Assembly (NCBI GenBank): GCA_040755835.1
Contig: JBFMAB010000122.1
Location: 43,180-107,179, forward strand
Origin: Myxococcota bacterium
Lineage (GTDB): Bacteria > Myxococcota > Myxococcia > Myxococcales > Myxococcaceae
Direction: 5' to 3'
DNA length: 64,000 nt
Shown here: positions 1 through 9,773 of the stretch, piece by piece
Layout of the letters: the number at the start of each line of letters is the position of its first letter
How positions within the stretch are numbered: position 1 is the first letter of the stretch
The notes under the pieces: generated by a model
The model's input: only the letters and a program-made list of their open reading frames with translations
The model's database searches: none
What the model was told of the DNA's origin: nothing
Made by a program: the position numbers and the translations under genes

Positions 1-343
1 GGGCGGCTTCGCGGGGCTGCTGGTGCTGGAGGGTTCGTCCGTGCCCGACGCCGACGTTGCGCCTGCGCTGCGCGTGCCCGCGCTGGTGGTGGCGCCGCCG
101 GTCGTCGCCTCCGAAGGCCCGCAGCAGGTGCTGCCCGCCGCCGGGCCAGTCGACGAGGCCTGGGCGACGCTGCGCAGCCTGCCCTCGGCGCTGGCGGCGG
201 ACCTGACGAGAGACCTGCGCGACGACGAGGTGCTGTCGCGCAGCTTCGGCGCGCTGCCCGGGTGGGTGGCGCCGGTGAAGAGCCACCCGCTGCGCGGTCT
301 CGGCGCCGCGGCCCCGCGCCTCAGCTACACCTCGGAGGACTGA
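1..343 (+). CDS. 3' end of a CDS that continues upstream of the window (hypothetical protein)
   Basis: The frame is open from base 2 to TGA at 341-343. GC3 is high. ORF track 23..343 covers the same frame. Confidence 0.45.
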   Translation, partial: GGFAGLLVLEGSSVPDADVAPALRVPALVVAPPVVASEGPQQVLPAAGPVDEAWATLRSLPSALAADLTRDLRDDEVLSRSFGALPGWVAPVKSHPLRGLGAAAPRLSYTSED

Positions 344-344
344 C

Positions 345-905
345 ATGCGCTGGAAGTGCACGCTGGTGGTGTCGTCGTTGTTCGTCTCGTCCCTCGCGCT
401 CGCGCAGCCGCACCCAGTGCCGGCGGCGCCCCCGGTGCCGCCCGTCGCGCCGCGTCCGCCGATGCCCCCGTCGCCGCACTTCGACCGCGGGCCGGGCATT
501 CCCCCGGCGGTGGCGAAGAAGCTGGGGCTGTCGGCGGACACGGTGAAGAAGGTGCAGGACCTGACGTTCGACGCCAACGACGCGCTCATCGGGCTGGAGG
601 CCGACCTCAAGCGCGCGCAGCTCGGGCTGCAGAAGCTGCTCGCGCAGCCCACCGTCGACGAGGGCCAGGTGATGGCGAAGCTGGAGGCGGTGGGGAAGGC
701 GGAACTCGCGGTGCGGAAGAACCGCATGGGGCTCATGCTGAAAATCCGCAAGCTGCTCGGTCAGGACACCTGGGAGAAGCTGCAGGGCGAGATGCCCGGT
801 GCCGCGGAGATGATGACGGCGGGCGGACGAGAGATGCGCCGCGAAGTGCGCATCATCCGCGGCGACGACGGCAGCGAGACCGTCGACATCCGCGGCGACG
901 AGTAG
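345..905 (+). CDS. periplasmic CpxP/Spy-family (LTXXQ-motif) stress protein
   Basis: Signal peptide MRWKCTLVVSSLFVSSLALA. Pro-rich linker. Helical repeats with LTxxQ-like motifs (KKVQDLTFDANDAL, KLEAVGKAELAVRKNR). ATG follows 1 nt after the upstream stop. Confidence 0.7.
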   Translation: MRWKCTLVVSSLFVSSLALAQPHPVPAAPPVPPVAPRPPMPPSPHFDRGPGIPPAVAKKLGLSADTVKKVQDLTFDANDALIGLEADLKRAQLGLQKLLAQPTVDEGQVMAKLEAVGKAELAVRKNRMGLMLKIRKLLGQDTWEKLQGEMPGAAEMMTAGGREMRREVRIIRGDDGSETVDIRGDE

Positions 906-929
906 CGCGCCCCTGCCTGGCCGCGCCCG

Positions 930-1430
930 TCACGCGAGGCCGCGACGCAATCGTCCCAGCGGGGCGCCGTAGGACTGGCAGCCGCGCCACGGCCCCATCA
1001 CGGGGCGCGGCTGCGGCCGAAGGCCCGGGGCGTGCCGGACGCGCCGGGTCTTTCGGCCGACGTGGACCCTCGTGCGCTGCGCCGGCGCCGCGCCCGCGAA
1101 GAGCGCGAGGCCCAGCTCTCGGAGGAAGCACGCCACCGGCAGCGCCGCCAGCTGCGCGAGGTGCCACGCGAGGCCCGGCGCGCTCACCACCGCCTGCCGC
1201 GTGAGGTGCGCCGACGCGAGGAAGGCGCGGGCCCCGAAGCGCAGCTCCAGCACACCGCCGCGCGCCGCGTCCGCCAGCGCGCCATGGCGAATCCACGCGG
1301 CGAGCGAATCGCCCCGCTCCTCCAGCACGTCCGAGTACACGGCCCACGTCGCGTCGTCCTCGTCGCGGGCTTCGTGGAGGCGCGCCTCGATGTCCGTCTT
1401 GCGCGCGCGCGTCGACGGCCCTTCGCGCAC
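930..1430 (-). CDS. TIGR02996 repeat-companion domain protein (start uncertain)
   Basis: Motif DEDDATWAVYSDVLEERGDSLAAWIRHGALAD matches the TIGR02996 core (DDtpRLVYADWLEExGDprgefIr). A candidate GTG start is near 1430. The upstream part of ORF 930..1760 is Arg/Gly-rich junk. Confidence 0.5.
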   Translation of the reverse strand: MREGPSTRARKTDIEARLHEARDEDDATWAVYSDVLEERGDSLAAWIRHGALADAARGGVLELRFGARAFLASAHLTRQAVVSAPGLAWHLAQLAALPVACFLRELGLALFAGAAPAQRTRVHVGRKTRRVRHAPGLRPQPRPVMGPWRGCQSYGAPLGRLRRGLA

Positions 1431-1856
1431 GGTGAGCGCGAGGCCCGGGTGTACGTCCAGCGTGTCGCCCGGCGCCAGCCGGTGCTCGCTTCCGCCCTGG
1501 AGCTCTCCGCCGCCAGCGACGCGCGCGCCACCGACGCCGGGACGCGCGGCCCGAGGTCCTCGCCCGCTCAGGCCAGCTCGAGGTCCGCGTCCGGGCCCTT
1601 CACGCGCAGGCGCGCCTCGCGGCCCGGGCCGATGCGCAGTGGGGCGCCCGCCCGTGGCGTGAAGCGTTCGCCCAGCCGTGCGGGCGAGTCCTCCTGCGGC
1701 ACGGACGTCACCTCGAGGCGCATCCCGTCGCGCCGTGTACGGACCCCGGCGCCGGCGCACCCGTCCAGGCGGGGGTGATCAGCGCCTCGCGTTGCCCGGC
1801 GCGCCGCGGCCGGGGCCGCCTTCACGAGCAGGGCGGGGTGCCGTACATTCGCCTCC

Positions 1857-2828
1857 ATGACGACCAAGATCGAGCGCGCGACTTCCCTGCCTTCGACGCC
1901 GCGGACCCAGCAGGTTTCGAGGACGCCGGCGGCGGCGCAGGTGGAGGCGCGCCCGGTCGCGCCGGCGACGGCCTTCACCGGCACCGAGGCGCCGCGCGCG
2001 CTGCAGCAGCCGGCCGGCCAGCACGTGGCGAAGTCGGCGGACCCCGACGCGCTGTGGGGCGCGCCCGCGCCCCGCGCTCACCGCCGCTTCGACCTGGCGG
2101 GTTTCCAGAAGCTGAGCCCGGCCGAGCGGAAGGCGAAGCTGCAGGAGCTTCGCGCCCAGCAGGCGAACCTCAAGCAGGACATCGAGGAGCGGGTCGGGCA
2201 GCTCGACCGCAAGTGGAACTCCTCGCGCCTCAAGACGCGGACCGCGTCGATGCGCGACCTGCAGCAGAAGGCGCCGCAGCTCACCGGCGATCAGGCGCAG
2301 CGCCTCGACGCCGCCCTGAAGGCCGCCGAGGCGGCCGAGCAGAAGGTGAACGCGCTGGCGGAGAAGGCGAAGGCCTTCACGCCCGAGAGCAAGAGGGACC
2401 CGGCGCAGGCCGAGGCGCGCGCCCGGCTCGCCCGCGAGCTGCGCAAGGCGCGGGCCGAGCAGTCGGCGGCCGTGAGGGCGGCGACGGCGGTGCTCGACGA
2501 GGCCGGCCTGAAGGTGGATCGCCTGGCCAACGCCGAGCAGGTCCTCGACAGGAACGCGCCGGCGCCGGGCTCCGGCGAGTCGCTGTGGGACAAGGTCGTG
2601 TCCTTCTTCGAGCTCAGCTGGTTGGTCGACGTCTTCAGCGGGATGCTCGACCTCCTCCGGGAGATGGAGCGCGACCGCGAGGTCCGCGCCGAGGCCGACA
2701 GGGCCGACCGGGAGATCGAGTTCGCCATGAAGCAGCAGCTCGACCGCGCGCTGCAGAAGGAGCGCATCGAGGCGTCCGACGCGAAGGCGCGGGCGCAACT
2801 GCTCGAGCGCGTGGCCGCGGCCGCCTGA
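1857..2828 (+). CDS. hypothetical coiled-coil protein
   Basis: Balanced composition with high GC3. Long predicted coiled coil (QELRAQQANLKQDIEER...). The C-terminus has a hydrophobic segment. Confidence 0.6.
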   Translation: MTTKIERATSLPSTPRTQQVSRTPAAAQVEARPVAPATAFTGTEAPRALQQPAGQHVAKSADPDALWGAPAPRAHRRFDLAGFQKLSPAERKAKLQELRAQQANLKQDIEERVGQLDRKWNSSRLKTRTASMRDLQQKAPQLTGDQAQRLDAALKAAEAAEQKVNALAEKAKAFTPESKRDPAQAEARARLARELRKARAEQSAAVRAATAVLDEAGLKVDRLANAEQVLDRNAPAPGSGESLWDKVVSFFELSWLVDVFSGMLDLLREMERDREVRAEADRADREIEFAMKQQLDRALQKERIEASDAKARAQLLERVAAAA

Positions 2829-2860
2829 CGCCGCCGGCCCCTACGCCCCTCCGACCATCG

Positions 2861-3571
2861 TCATCGCAGCACGCCGACGACCTGCCCATCGCCGCGGACG
2901 GCGACCGCCAGCGGCACCAACGTCACGCCGTACCGCACGGCGAGGTCCTTGCGGCGCGACACGTCGACGGTGACGACGCGACGCCCTTCCGCGGTGAGCC
3001 GGGGCGCGACCTCCTGGCATTCGCTGCACAGCGGGTGCGTGAAGAGCACCACCAGCTCGTCGGCCGGCAGCACGCCCAGCTGCTCGAGGTCGATGCGGTC
3101 CAGCACGCCGCCCTTCACGCCGCGGAAGCGCGCCAGCAGGCGGTACACCTCGCAGCCCACGCAGAGGCCCGTCGTCACCGCCAGCGTCGCCAGCCCCGCC
3201 ACCATCAGCCCCAGCGCCTGGCCGACCAACGCGAAGCCGGTGCCCCAGGCCAGCGCCGCGGACAACAGGAAGATGGCGCCCAGCACGTTGGCGAAGCGCG
3301 GTGCGCGGGAGTCCTCGAGCTCGCCCTCGCCGAAGCGCGGCTGCAGCACCTCGAAGTAGAAGAGGCACGGCAGACAGTACTTCCGCCCGAAGAGGACGCT
3401 GACGGCCAGCTGCGCGCCGAGCAGCCCCAGCAGAGGCCAGAAGCCGGTCGCGACGGCGACGAGCGAGCCCACGGCCACCACCGCCTGGTTGAAGCGGGGG
3501 GCGCGGGCATCGATGACCAGCAGGTCCTTGTAGGGGTCGGCACGGCGGGGAGCGGGGGCGGTGTTCGACAT
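2861..3571 (-). CDS. DUF4395-like membrane protein fused to a thioredoxin-like CxxC domain
   Basis: About four TM helices, then HPLCSECQE (CxxC) in a thioredoxin-like C-terminal region. Confidence 0.7.
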   Translation of the reverse strand: MSNTAPAPRRADPYKDLLVIDARAPRFNQAVVAVGSLVAVATGFWPLLGLLGAQLAVSVLFGRKYCLPCLFYFEVLQPRFGEGELEDSRAPRFANVLGAIFLLSAALAWGTGFALVGQALGLMVAGLATLAVTTGLCVGCEVYRLLARFRGVKGGVLDRIDLEQLGVLPADELVVLFTHPLCSECQEVAPRLTAEGRRVVTVDVSRRKDLAVRYGVTLVPLAVAVRGDGQVVGVLR

Positions 3572-3740
3572 GTCTCCACCGTAACGGACGTCTGTCCGTT
3601 ATGCAAGACGACATCCGTTCGAACGGAAAGGGGTGAAGCGGAGTCGTCGCTCAGGTCGGGCCGGGCCCTTTGCTCTGCCGCGGGCGCGTCCACGCCGATT
3701 GGGCTTGCCGCCCGGGTAGCGCGGACGGAGAAGCGGCGCC

Positions 3741-4709
3741 GTGATGAATCGCGTCCTCGCGCTCGAGCGCCCGAAGGAGCCGCTGGTGGTGTTGCCGCGC
3801 GAGCCGCGCGCGCCCGGCGCCGGAGAGGTGCGGCTGCGCGTGGAGGCCTGCGCGCTGGGGCAGGTGGACTGGAACCTGCTCACGCTGGACGCGCCGCCGC
3901 GGCTGCCGCTCGTGCCGGGCGTCGAGGCGGTGGGCGTGGTGGACGCGGTGGGCGACGGCGTGTCGCTGGCGGCCGGCTCCCGCGTGCTGGTGACGCCGCT
4001 CGCCTCGTCGTGCGGGACGTGCGCGGCCTGCGGGGCCGGGGACGCGCGGTGGTGTCCGTCGGCGCGCTTCGTGGGCCGCGACCTCGACGGCGCGCTGGCG
4101 ACGCACGTGACGCTGCCGGTGCAGCACCTCGTGCCGGCGCCGCCCGTCGCGGTGGCGCAGGCCGCGTGCCTCGGCGGCTCAGCGTGGACGGCGGTGACCG
4201 CGGTGCGCGCGACGGGCCTCGCGAGCGGCGCCAGGCTGGGCGTGCTGGGTGTCGGGGGCGTTGGGCACCTGGTGCTGCAGGTGGCGAAGGCGCGTGGGCT
4301 GTCCGTCTTCGCGGACGACGTGGACTCGCACCGGCGGGCGCTGGGCGTGTCGCTGGGCGCGCAGCCGTGGCCGGGCGCGGCGTCGCTGGACGCGGCGGTG
4401 GTGGGCACGCCGTCGGCGCAGGCGCTGCAGCGCGCGCTCAAGTCGGTGCGCGCGGGCGGCGTGGTGGTGGCGGTGGGCACGAGCCCCACGGGGCGCGTCG
4501 ACCTCCCGCTGGCGGACGTGGTGGCGCGCGGCGTGCGCGTGGTCGGCAGCGCGCTGGGCACGCACGACGACCTCGCCGCGGCGCTGGCGCTCGCGCAGCA
4601 GGGCGCGCTCGTCCCGCACGTCGAGGTCGTCCCGCTGGACGCGGCCGTGTCGCGGCTGTGGCAGTTGCGCGACGGCGGCTTCGTCGGCCGGCTCGTCTTC
4701 ACCCCGTGA
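3741..4709 (+). CDS. zinc-dependent alcohol dehydrogenase / MDR-family oxidoreductase
   Basis: Structural zinc Cys cluster CGTCAACGAGDARWC. Rossmann motif GVLGVGGVGHLVLQ. GroES-like N-terminal domain. Confidence 0.8.
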   Translation: MMNRVLALERPKEPLVVLPREPRAPGAGEVRLRVEACALGQVDWNLLTLDAPPRLPLVPGVEAVGVVDAVGDGVSLAAGSRVLVTPLASSCGTCAACGAGDARWCPSARFVGRDLDGALATHVTLPVQHLVPAPPVAVAQAACLGGSAWTAVTAVRATGLASGARLGVLGVGGVGHLVLQVAKARGLSVFADDVDSHRRALGVSLGAQPWPGAASLDAAVVGTPSAQALQRALKSVRAGGVVVAVGTSPTGRVDLPLADVVARGVRVVGSALGTHDDLAAALALAQQGALVPHVEVVPLDAAVSRLWQLRDGGFVGRLVFTP

Positions 4710-4743
4710 GATTCTGACGCGACTGGCGGTAACCTCGCTCGAC

Positions 4744-5177
4744 GTGAGCCAGCGCGCACTCCTCGTCGGGCTGATGCTGGGGCCGCCCCGGCCGTCGCGG
4801 GCGAGTACCACCTGAGCATCCACGTCGGCCTCTCGCCGCCGCAAGGGGTCGACCTGCGGATCGAGGGCCCGGATGGGGGCGTCGTCTGGAAGAAGGACGG
4901 CGTGACGTCGCGTCGGTACCTCGGGATGGAGTTCATGGACGGCGGGCGGTGCCAGGGGCCCGGGCGATACCGCATCGTCGCCACGCCGCCGGCGCCGCTC
5001 CGCGGGTGCGAGAAGTCATTCGTCGTGGAGACGGACTCGGCGCACGCACTCTTCGGCGTCAACGTCGAGGACGGTGGCTGCCGGATGACGGGCAAGCCCA
5101 GCCACTCGCTGCTGGGCCGCTCGGTGGGCGACTACCCGCCGTACACGGCGCCGTACGTGCAGCCCGCCACGAAGTGA
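4744..5177 (+). pseudogene. small secreted protein with an apparent +1 frameshift (or assembly error) in a GGGG/CCCC run near 4780
   Basis: Frame 1 (GTG 4744) encodes a signal-peptide-like VSQRALLVGLMLG and then stops at 4813. Frame 0 from about 4782 to 5177 has very high GC3 (AAPAVAGEYHLSIHVGL...YVQPATK) but has no in-frame start before GTG 4902. Inserting one G in ctggggccgcc gives MSQRALLVGLMLGAAPAVA|GEYHL, a canonical signal peptide. Confidence 0.35.
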
Positions 5178-5223
5178 CGCACGTCGGGTTGCGACGCCGC
5201 CGCTTTCCGCGTACCCATGCCCC

Positions 5224-5820
5224 ATGAATCGAACTGCGCTGCTGCTGGTGGGGCTCGTCTCCGCCGTCGCGTCGGCTGCCGAGGTTGGCGCGCCCGCGCC
5301 GGACTTCACGCTCAAGGACCTCGACGGCAAGGACGTGAAGCTGTCCGCCTTCAAGGGCAAGACGGTGGTGCTCGAGTGGTTCAACCCCGAGTGCCCGTAC
5401 GTGAAGGCCTCGCACACGAAAGGCTCGCTGAAGGACACCGCGCAGCGCGCCGCGAAGAAGGGCGTGGTGTGGCTCGCCATCAACTCCGGCGCGCCGGGCA
5501 AGCAGGGCCACGGCGTCGAGAAGAACCGGGCCGGCGTGAAGGCGTTCGGCCTCGAGCACCCGGTGTTGCTCGACGAGTCCGGCGCGGTGGGCAAGGCGTA
5601 CGGCGCCACCAACACGCCGCACCTCTTCGTCATCGACCCCAGGGGCACGCTGGTCTACCGCGGCGCCATCGACAACTCGCCCGACGGCGAGGGCGGCGCG
5701 GCGAAGGACGGAAAGCTGGTCAACTACGTCGAGGCGGCCCTCGACGACCTCGCCGCGGGGCGCGCGGTGAAGACTCCAGACACGAAGGCGTACGGATGCA
5801 GCGTCAAGTACGGCTCCTGA
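5224..5820 (+). CDS. secreted thioredoxin-fold redoxin (AhpC/TSA/ResA-like thiol-disulfide oxidoreductase)
   Basis: Signal peptide MNRTALLLVGLVSAVASA. FKGKTVVLEWFNPECPYV redoxin motif. Confidence 0.8.
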   Translation: MNRTALLLVGLVSAVASAAEVGAPAPDFTLKDLDGKDVKLSAFKGKTVVLEWFNPECPYVKASHTKGSLKDTAQRAAKKGVVWLAINSGAPGKQGHGVEKNRAGVKAFGLEHPVLLDESGAVGKAYGATNTPHLFVIDPRGTLVYRGAIDNSPDGEGGAAKDGKLVNYVEAALDDLAAGRAVKTPDTKAYGCSVKYGS

Positions 5821-6299
5821 TGCTCGCGGCCCTGGCCGCGTCGGCGTGCACGAAGGACAAGCCCCCGGAGGTGCCCGCTCCGGCGGTGACCGCGCCCGCG
5901 GCGGCGAAGGACGCGGCGGGCACCAGCCGCGAGGAGAAGCCCGAGTACGTCGTCGAGCTGCTCGCGCCCGAGGCGGCCCCGGCCGGCGCGGAGGTCGCCG
6001 CGACGGTGCATGTCGTCGCCGGCGAAGGCTTCCACCTGAACGCCGAGTACCCCATGGCCTTCACGCCCGACGAGGTCGACGGCCTCGTCTTCAAGGACAA
6101 GAAGATTCCGCTCGCCGACGCGGCCCGGAAGACGCCGTGCAAGGGCGAGCCGAAGGACGCCTGCGAGGCGCGCGCGAAGGTGCCTTTCACCGCCGACAAG
6201 GCGGCGAAGCTGTCGGGCCTCGTCGCCTTCAGCATCTGCCAGCCCGAGAAGTGCCTCATCGAGAAGGTGAAGCTCGCCGTCGACGTGCCGGTGAAGTAA
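5796..6299 (+). CDS. lipoprotein with two CxxxxC/CxxxC pairs, hypothetical
   Basis: Lipobox LAASAC. Motifs TPCKGEPKDAC and ICQPEKC. It overlaps the redoxin gene by 25 nt, which suggests translational coupling. An alternative ATG is at 5820. Confidence 0.55.
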   Translation: MQRQVRLLMLAALAASACTKDKPPEVPAPAVTAPAAAKDAAGTSREEKPEYVVELLAPEAAPAGAEVAATVHVVAGEGFHLNAEYPMAFTPDEVDGLVFKDKKIPLADAARKTPCKGEPKDACEARAKVPFTADKAAKLSGLVAFSICQPEKCLIEKVKLAVDVPVK

Positions 6300-6368
6300 C
6301 GCAAACCGCCACCTGGCCCGGGTGTCCCACCTCCGCGCGCGCTACACTGCGCCTGCGAGGAGAACGGA

Positions 6369-8549
6369 ATGCTCGCTGCGTGGGTGGTGCTGGCGGTGGT
6401 GGCGTCGTCCGACTGGGAGTGCGACTTCGCGAAGGACCTCTGGCGGCCGTCGGGCCTGGAGCCGCCCTGCGCGGTGCTGAGGGGCGAGGGCGCGCAGCGC
6501 CTCGCGGCGGCGAAGAAGGCGTGGGCGCTCGACGACGAGCAGGCGGCTTGCGTGCTGGAGTCCTTCTCCTTCACCGCCGACGCCGGCGTGCCTCGGGAGA
6601 CGCGCGTGTCGGGCGACCCCGCGGGGTGGCGCCGTTGCACGCAGCGGTGGCCCGGCGTCTTCTCGTTGTGGGTGGGGCTCATTCGCGCCAGCGGGGCTCA
6701 CGCCGGCACCCTCGACGTGTCGGCGCTCGCCGGCGTGGAGGGCGGCGTGGAGCTCGCCTCGCGTCTGCTGTCGCTCGACTCCAGCCCCGGCGAAGGCCTG
6801 GCGCGCGTCATTCTCGAGCAGCAGCCCGAGCGCCTCGTCGAGGTGCTTCAGCACCCGCAGGTGCGCGGCCGCGACGCCTTCGCGCTCGCGCTGCCGCTGC
6901 TGGACGATGCCGCCACGCGGCAGCCGCCGCTTACGCCGAAGGAGCTGGAGGCGGTGGCGCGCGCGGCGCTGCGCACGCCGCTCGCCGAGGGCTGGCTCGA
7001 GCTCGCCGCCGAGGTGTGGGCCACACTGCCGCCCGCGACGCGCGCGGCGCTGCGGAGCCGGCCGCTGACGGAGGTGAGCCACACCATCTCCCCCACCGGC
7101 ATGGCGGCGGAGGAGAGCGGTGACCTGCGCCCGATGCTGGCGCTCGCGCTCGTCGCGGCGGGGCAGAAGGACGAGGCGCGCACGGTGTGGGCAGCGAACC
7201 CCGACGCCGGCGCGGTGGGGCGTGGACCGCGGGAGGACGGTGACGCCATCACGGCGCTGCTGGCCTTCCACCTCACGCGCGGGAAGCACGATCCGTGGGA
7301 AGCGGCGCTGTCCGCGACGCGCGCGCAACTGTCTCCCGAGGCGTACGCGCTGGTGCTGCCGTGGGTGGCGCCGTACCACGCGCTCATCGCGGACTTCATG
7401 GCCTGGGCGCTGCGCCCCGATGCGAGAGACCCCGAGGTGTCGTCGTCGGTCAACGCGCGCGTCGTGGCGGCGCACCAGCGCGCGATGGCGCGCGTGCGCA
7501 CGGCGTGGGCCGCAGTGCCAGCGTACCCCGATGGCTCGTCAGCCGACGCGGGTGTGACGCCGGCGGCGCTGCCGGACGTCGCGTGGCCCTTCGTCGAGCG
7601 CACCACGCCGTGGAAGGGCAAGGCGGGCGTGAAGGTGAAGCCCAAGGGCTTGCCACGCGGCGTGTGGCCCCTGCGCGTGGAGCGCTCGGGCAGGCGCACC
7701 GTGGTGCTCGCGCTCTCGCAGCGCGTAGACCCGACGGGCGAGGTGTCGATGGGCGGCTACTGGCTGCTGGTCTCCGACGACGGTCAGCGCACGTGGAGGG
7801 AACTCTACCTGGGCATCGCCGACCACCGGCCGTTCCACGCGCACGAGTCGTCGAAGGTACCCCTGCTGGACGAGCGCGACGTCGTGCGCCTCGACGTCGA
7901 GGAGGCCGCGGTGGACGAGCGCACCATCACCTTCCCGCCGCTGGCGACGAGAGCGCCGGTGACGCGCGCGCACGTGGTGCTCGAGGCGACGCTGGAGGCG
8001 CTCGCGAAGGACTCCGACGGCGACGGGCTCACCGACCTGCTGGAGGCGCGGCTGCTGCTCGACCCTTCGTCGCGCGACACCGACGGCGACGGCATTGGCG
8101 ACCGGGAAGACGCCACGCCGCGCCTCGATGACCGCCTCACGCCGACGGCCCTCTCGCACGTCTACAACGCCTTCCTCGAAGGCTTCTCCGAGCGCGCGCA
8201 GCCGCAGCCGCTGGTGGTTCCGCCCAACGCGAAGCCCGGCGTCGAGGCGGCGATGGGCACGCCGAAGCCGATGGACCTCGAGCAGACGCGCTTCCTCGTC
8301 GCACCGGCGGGCGCGCTGGCGGGGCTGCGCCCGCTCACCTACGTCGTCACGCTGACGCCGGCGGAGCTGCAGGCGGCCGTGAAGAAGTTCGGCGCCTTCT
8401 ACCCGATGGACGTGGAGGTCCACGTCTCGAAGGACGGCAAGCACGGCTACGTCCGCTGGAGCGAGCGCTGGCGCGGCGGCGCGGTGCGGCTCGACCAGGG
8501 CACCGACGGGCGCTGGGTGACGCAGGTGTTGAGCAGCTGGATTACCTGA
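6369..8549 (+). CDS. large secreted hypothetical protein with thrombospondin-type-3-like Asp repeats
   Basis: Signal peptide MLAAWVVLAVVASS. GAGGAG RBS. DSDGDGLTDLLE...DTDGDGIGDREDATP calcium-binding-like repeats. Confidence 0.7.
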   Translation: MLAAWVVLAVVASSDWECDFAKDLWRPSGLEPPCAVLRGEGAQRLAAAKKAWALDDEQAACVLESFSFTADAGVPRETRVSGDPAGWRRCTQRWPGVFSLWVGLIRASGAHAGTLDVSALAGVEGGVELASRLLSLDSSPGEGLARVILEQQPERLVEVLQHPQVRGRDAFALALPLLDDAATRQPPLTPKELEAVARAALRTPLAEGWLELAAEVWATLPPATRAALRSRPLTEVSHTISPTGMAAEESGDLRPMLALALVAAGQKDEARTVWAANPDAGAVGRGPREDGDAITALLAFHLTRGKHDPWEAALSATRAQLSPEAYALVLPWVAPYHALIADFMAWALRPDARDPEVSSSVNARVVAAHQRAMARVRTAWAAVPAYPDGSSADAGVTPAALPDVAWPFVERTTPWKGKAGVKVKPKGLPRGVWPLRVERSGRRTVVLALSQRVDPTGEVSMGGYWLLVSDDGQRTWRELYLGIADHRPFHAHESSKVPLLDERDVVRLDVEEAAVDERTITFPPLATRAPVTRAHVVLEATLEALAKDSDGDGLTDLLEARLLLDPSSRDTDGDGIGDREDATPRLDDRLTPTALSHVYNAFLEGFSERAQPQPLVVPPNAKPGVEAAMGTPKPMDLEQTRFLVAPAGALAGLRPLTYVVTLTPAELQAAVKKFGAFYPMDVEVHVSKDGKHGYVRWSERWRGGAVRLDQGTDGRWVTQVLSSWIT

Positions 8550-8834
8550 CGGCCCCTCCTGCCTGGTTTCAGTCCCGGTGCGCGACTGGGCCGCATGCCA
8601 CGCGCGGACCGCCGTGCTACGCCCTCGCCATGGTCGCGCCAGCTCAGGTCGCGCGCCGCCTCGCGGGCCTGCGCAGCTCGTGGGAGAACGCTGCTGTTGG
8701 CCATCGACTACGCGGTGCGCGACGAGCGCTCCACCTCTACTCGAAGGCCGAGCAACCTCGCCGGCAGCGTGAGGGACCGCACGGCGCTGGGCAAGACCGC
8801 CACCGCGCGCGGGCCAATCGCGTGGCGCGGTCCT

Positions 8835-9773
8835 TCACGGGGCCGCGCGCCGCGTGACGGCGAGCGAAGCCAACGTCAGGTGCAGCTCGCGAAGGAGTGC
8901 CTCCGGACGCTCGTGCACGGCGCTCCAGGTCCAGTGCAACACCCGGTAGCCCTGGGCCGTCAGAGCGTTCCTCCGTGCCCGGTCCTTCTCGAAGCTCTCC
9001 AGGCTGGCGTGCCAGGCATAGCCGTCGGCCTCGATGACCACCGGTGTCCCCGGCAGTCGAAAGTCCAGGCGTCGCAAGCGACCGGCGACGACGACTCGCC
9101 GCTGGCGCTCGACGTCGGCGAGCCCGGCGCTCTCGAGCAGCTCGAGCACGCGGGCCTCGAGCTCGCTCTCCGACGGGCCATCGCCGCCGCGGTACCGGTG
9201 CACCAACTCGCGCAGGACGCCGAGGCCCCGCCGGTGGCTCCGCTTCTCGAGCCCCGCCTGGACCTGGTCGAGCGTCAACCAGCGGCGGTTGAGGGCCTCG
9301 TCGAGCGCCGCCCGCACGTCCGCCTCCGCCTCCGTCTGTGCCAGGTCGAGGAGCGTACGGACACGCGAGGTGACTCGGACGCCGTCGAGCGTCCGGACGT
9401 CGTGGAACGACAGCGAGGGCACTCGCCGGACCACGCAGCCTTCGGGGGTCCGGGCATTCCGGGTGACGAGCAGCTCCACGGGCCCCTCGCCGTAGCGAGA
9501 GAAGCTCCAGAGCGCCGCCGCAGTGCGATGGGAGAGCGCGTAGTCGTGCGCCGCCCACAGCGCTGCGGCGCGAACATGCTGTCGCCAGCCTCGTGGTGCG
9601 CCCGCGACGCGGTACACGCCAGGCAGCAACTCCGCCCAGCGACCGGTCGAGACGCGGTAGCCGATTTGTCTTGCACTCAGGCCCGCCGCACGGGCCTGGT
9701 CCCAGCGCAGCAGCCCCAACTGCCCCTCCGCCAGCCGCAGCACGGCTGCCTCCACCGAATCCACTTCGTCCAC
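8835..9773 (-). CDS. AbiEi_4-like N-terminal domain plus DUF559 (Vsr/REase-fold) protein
   Basis: The C-terminus is DUF559-like (VIEADGYAWHASLESFEKDRARRNALTAQGYRVLHWTW). The track starts at TTG 9824. I prefer GTG about 9773 (MDEVDSVEAAVL), which is preceded by GAGGAGG. Confidence 0.65.
   Translation of the reverse strand: MDEVDSVEAAVLRLAEGQLGLLRWDQARAAGLSARQIGYRVSTGRWAELLPGVYRVAGAPRGWRQHVRAAALWAAHDYALSHRTAAALWSFSRYGEGPVELLVTRNARTPEGCVVRRVPSLSFHDVRTLDGVRVTSRVRTLLDLAQTEAEADVRAALDEALNRRWLTLDQVQAGLEKRSHRRGLGVLRELVHRYRGGDGPSESELEARVLELLESAGLADVERQRRVVVAGRLRRLDFRLPGTPVVIEADGYAWHASLESFEKDRARRNALTAQGYRVLHWTWSAVHERPEALLRELHLTLASLAVTRRAAP

Noticed and set aside
1032-1778. 248-aa plus ORF opposite the TIGR02996 gene
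   Set aside because: It is Arg-rich nonsense (RRRRAREEREAQ...). The opposite strand carries a recognisable domain.
1775-4717. 980-aa plus-strand ORF spanning several genes
   Set aside because: The composition is extreme Arg/Gly/Ala/Pro. It overlaps three well-supported genes in other frames or strands. This is a typical GC-rich open-frame artefact.
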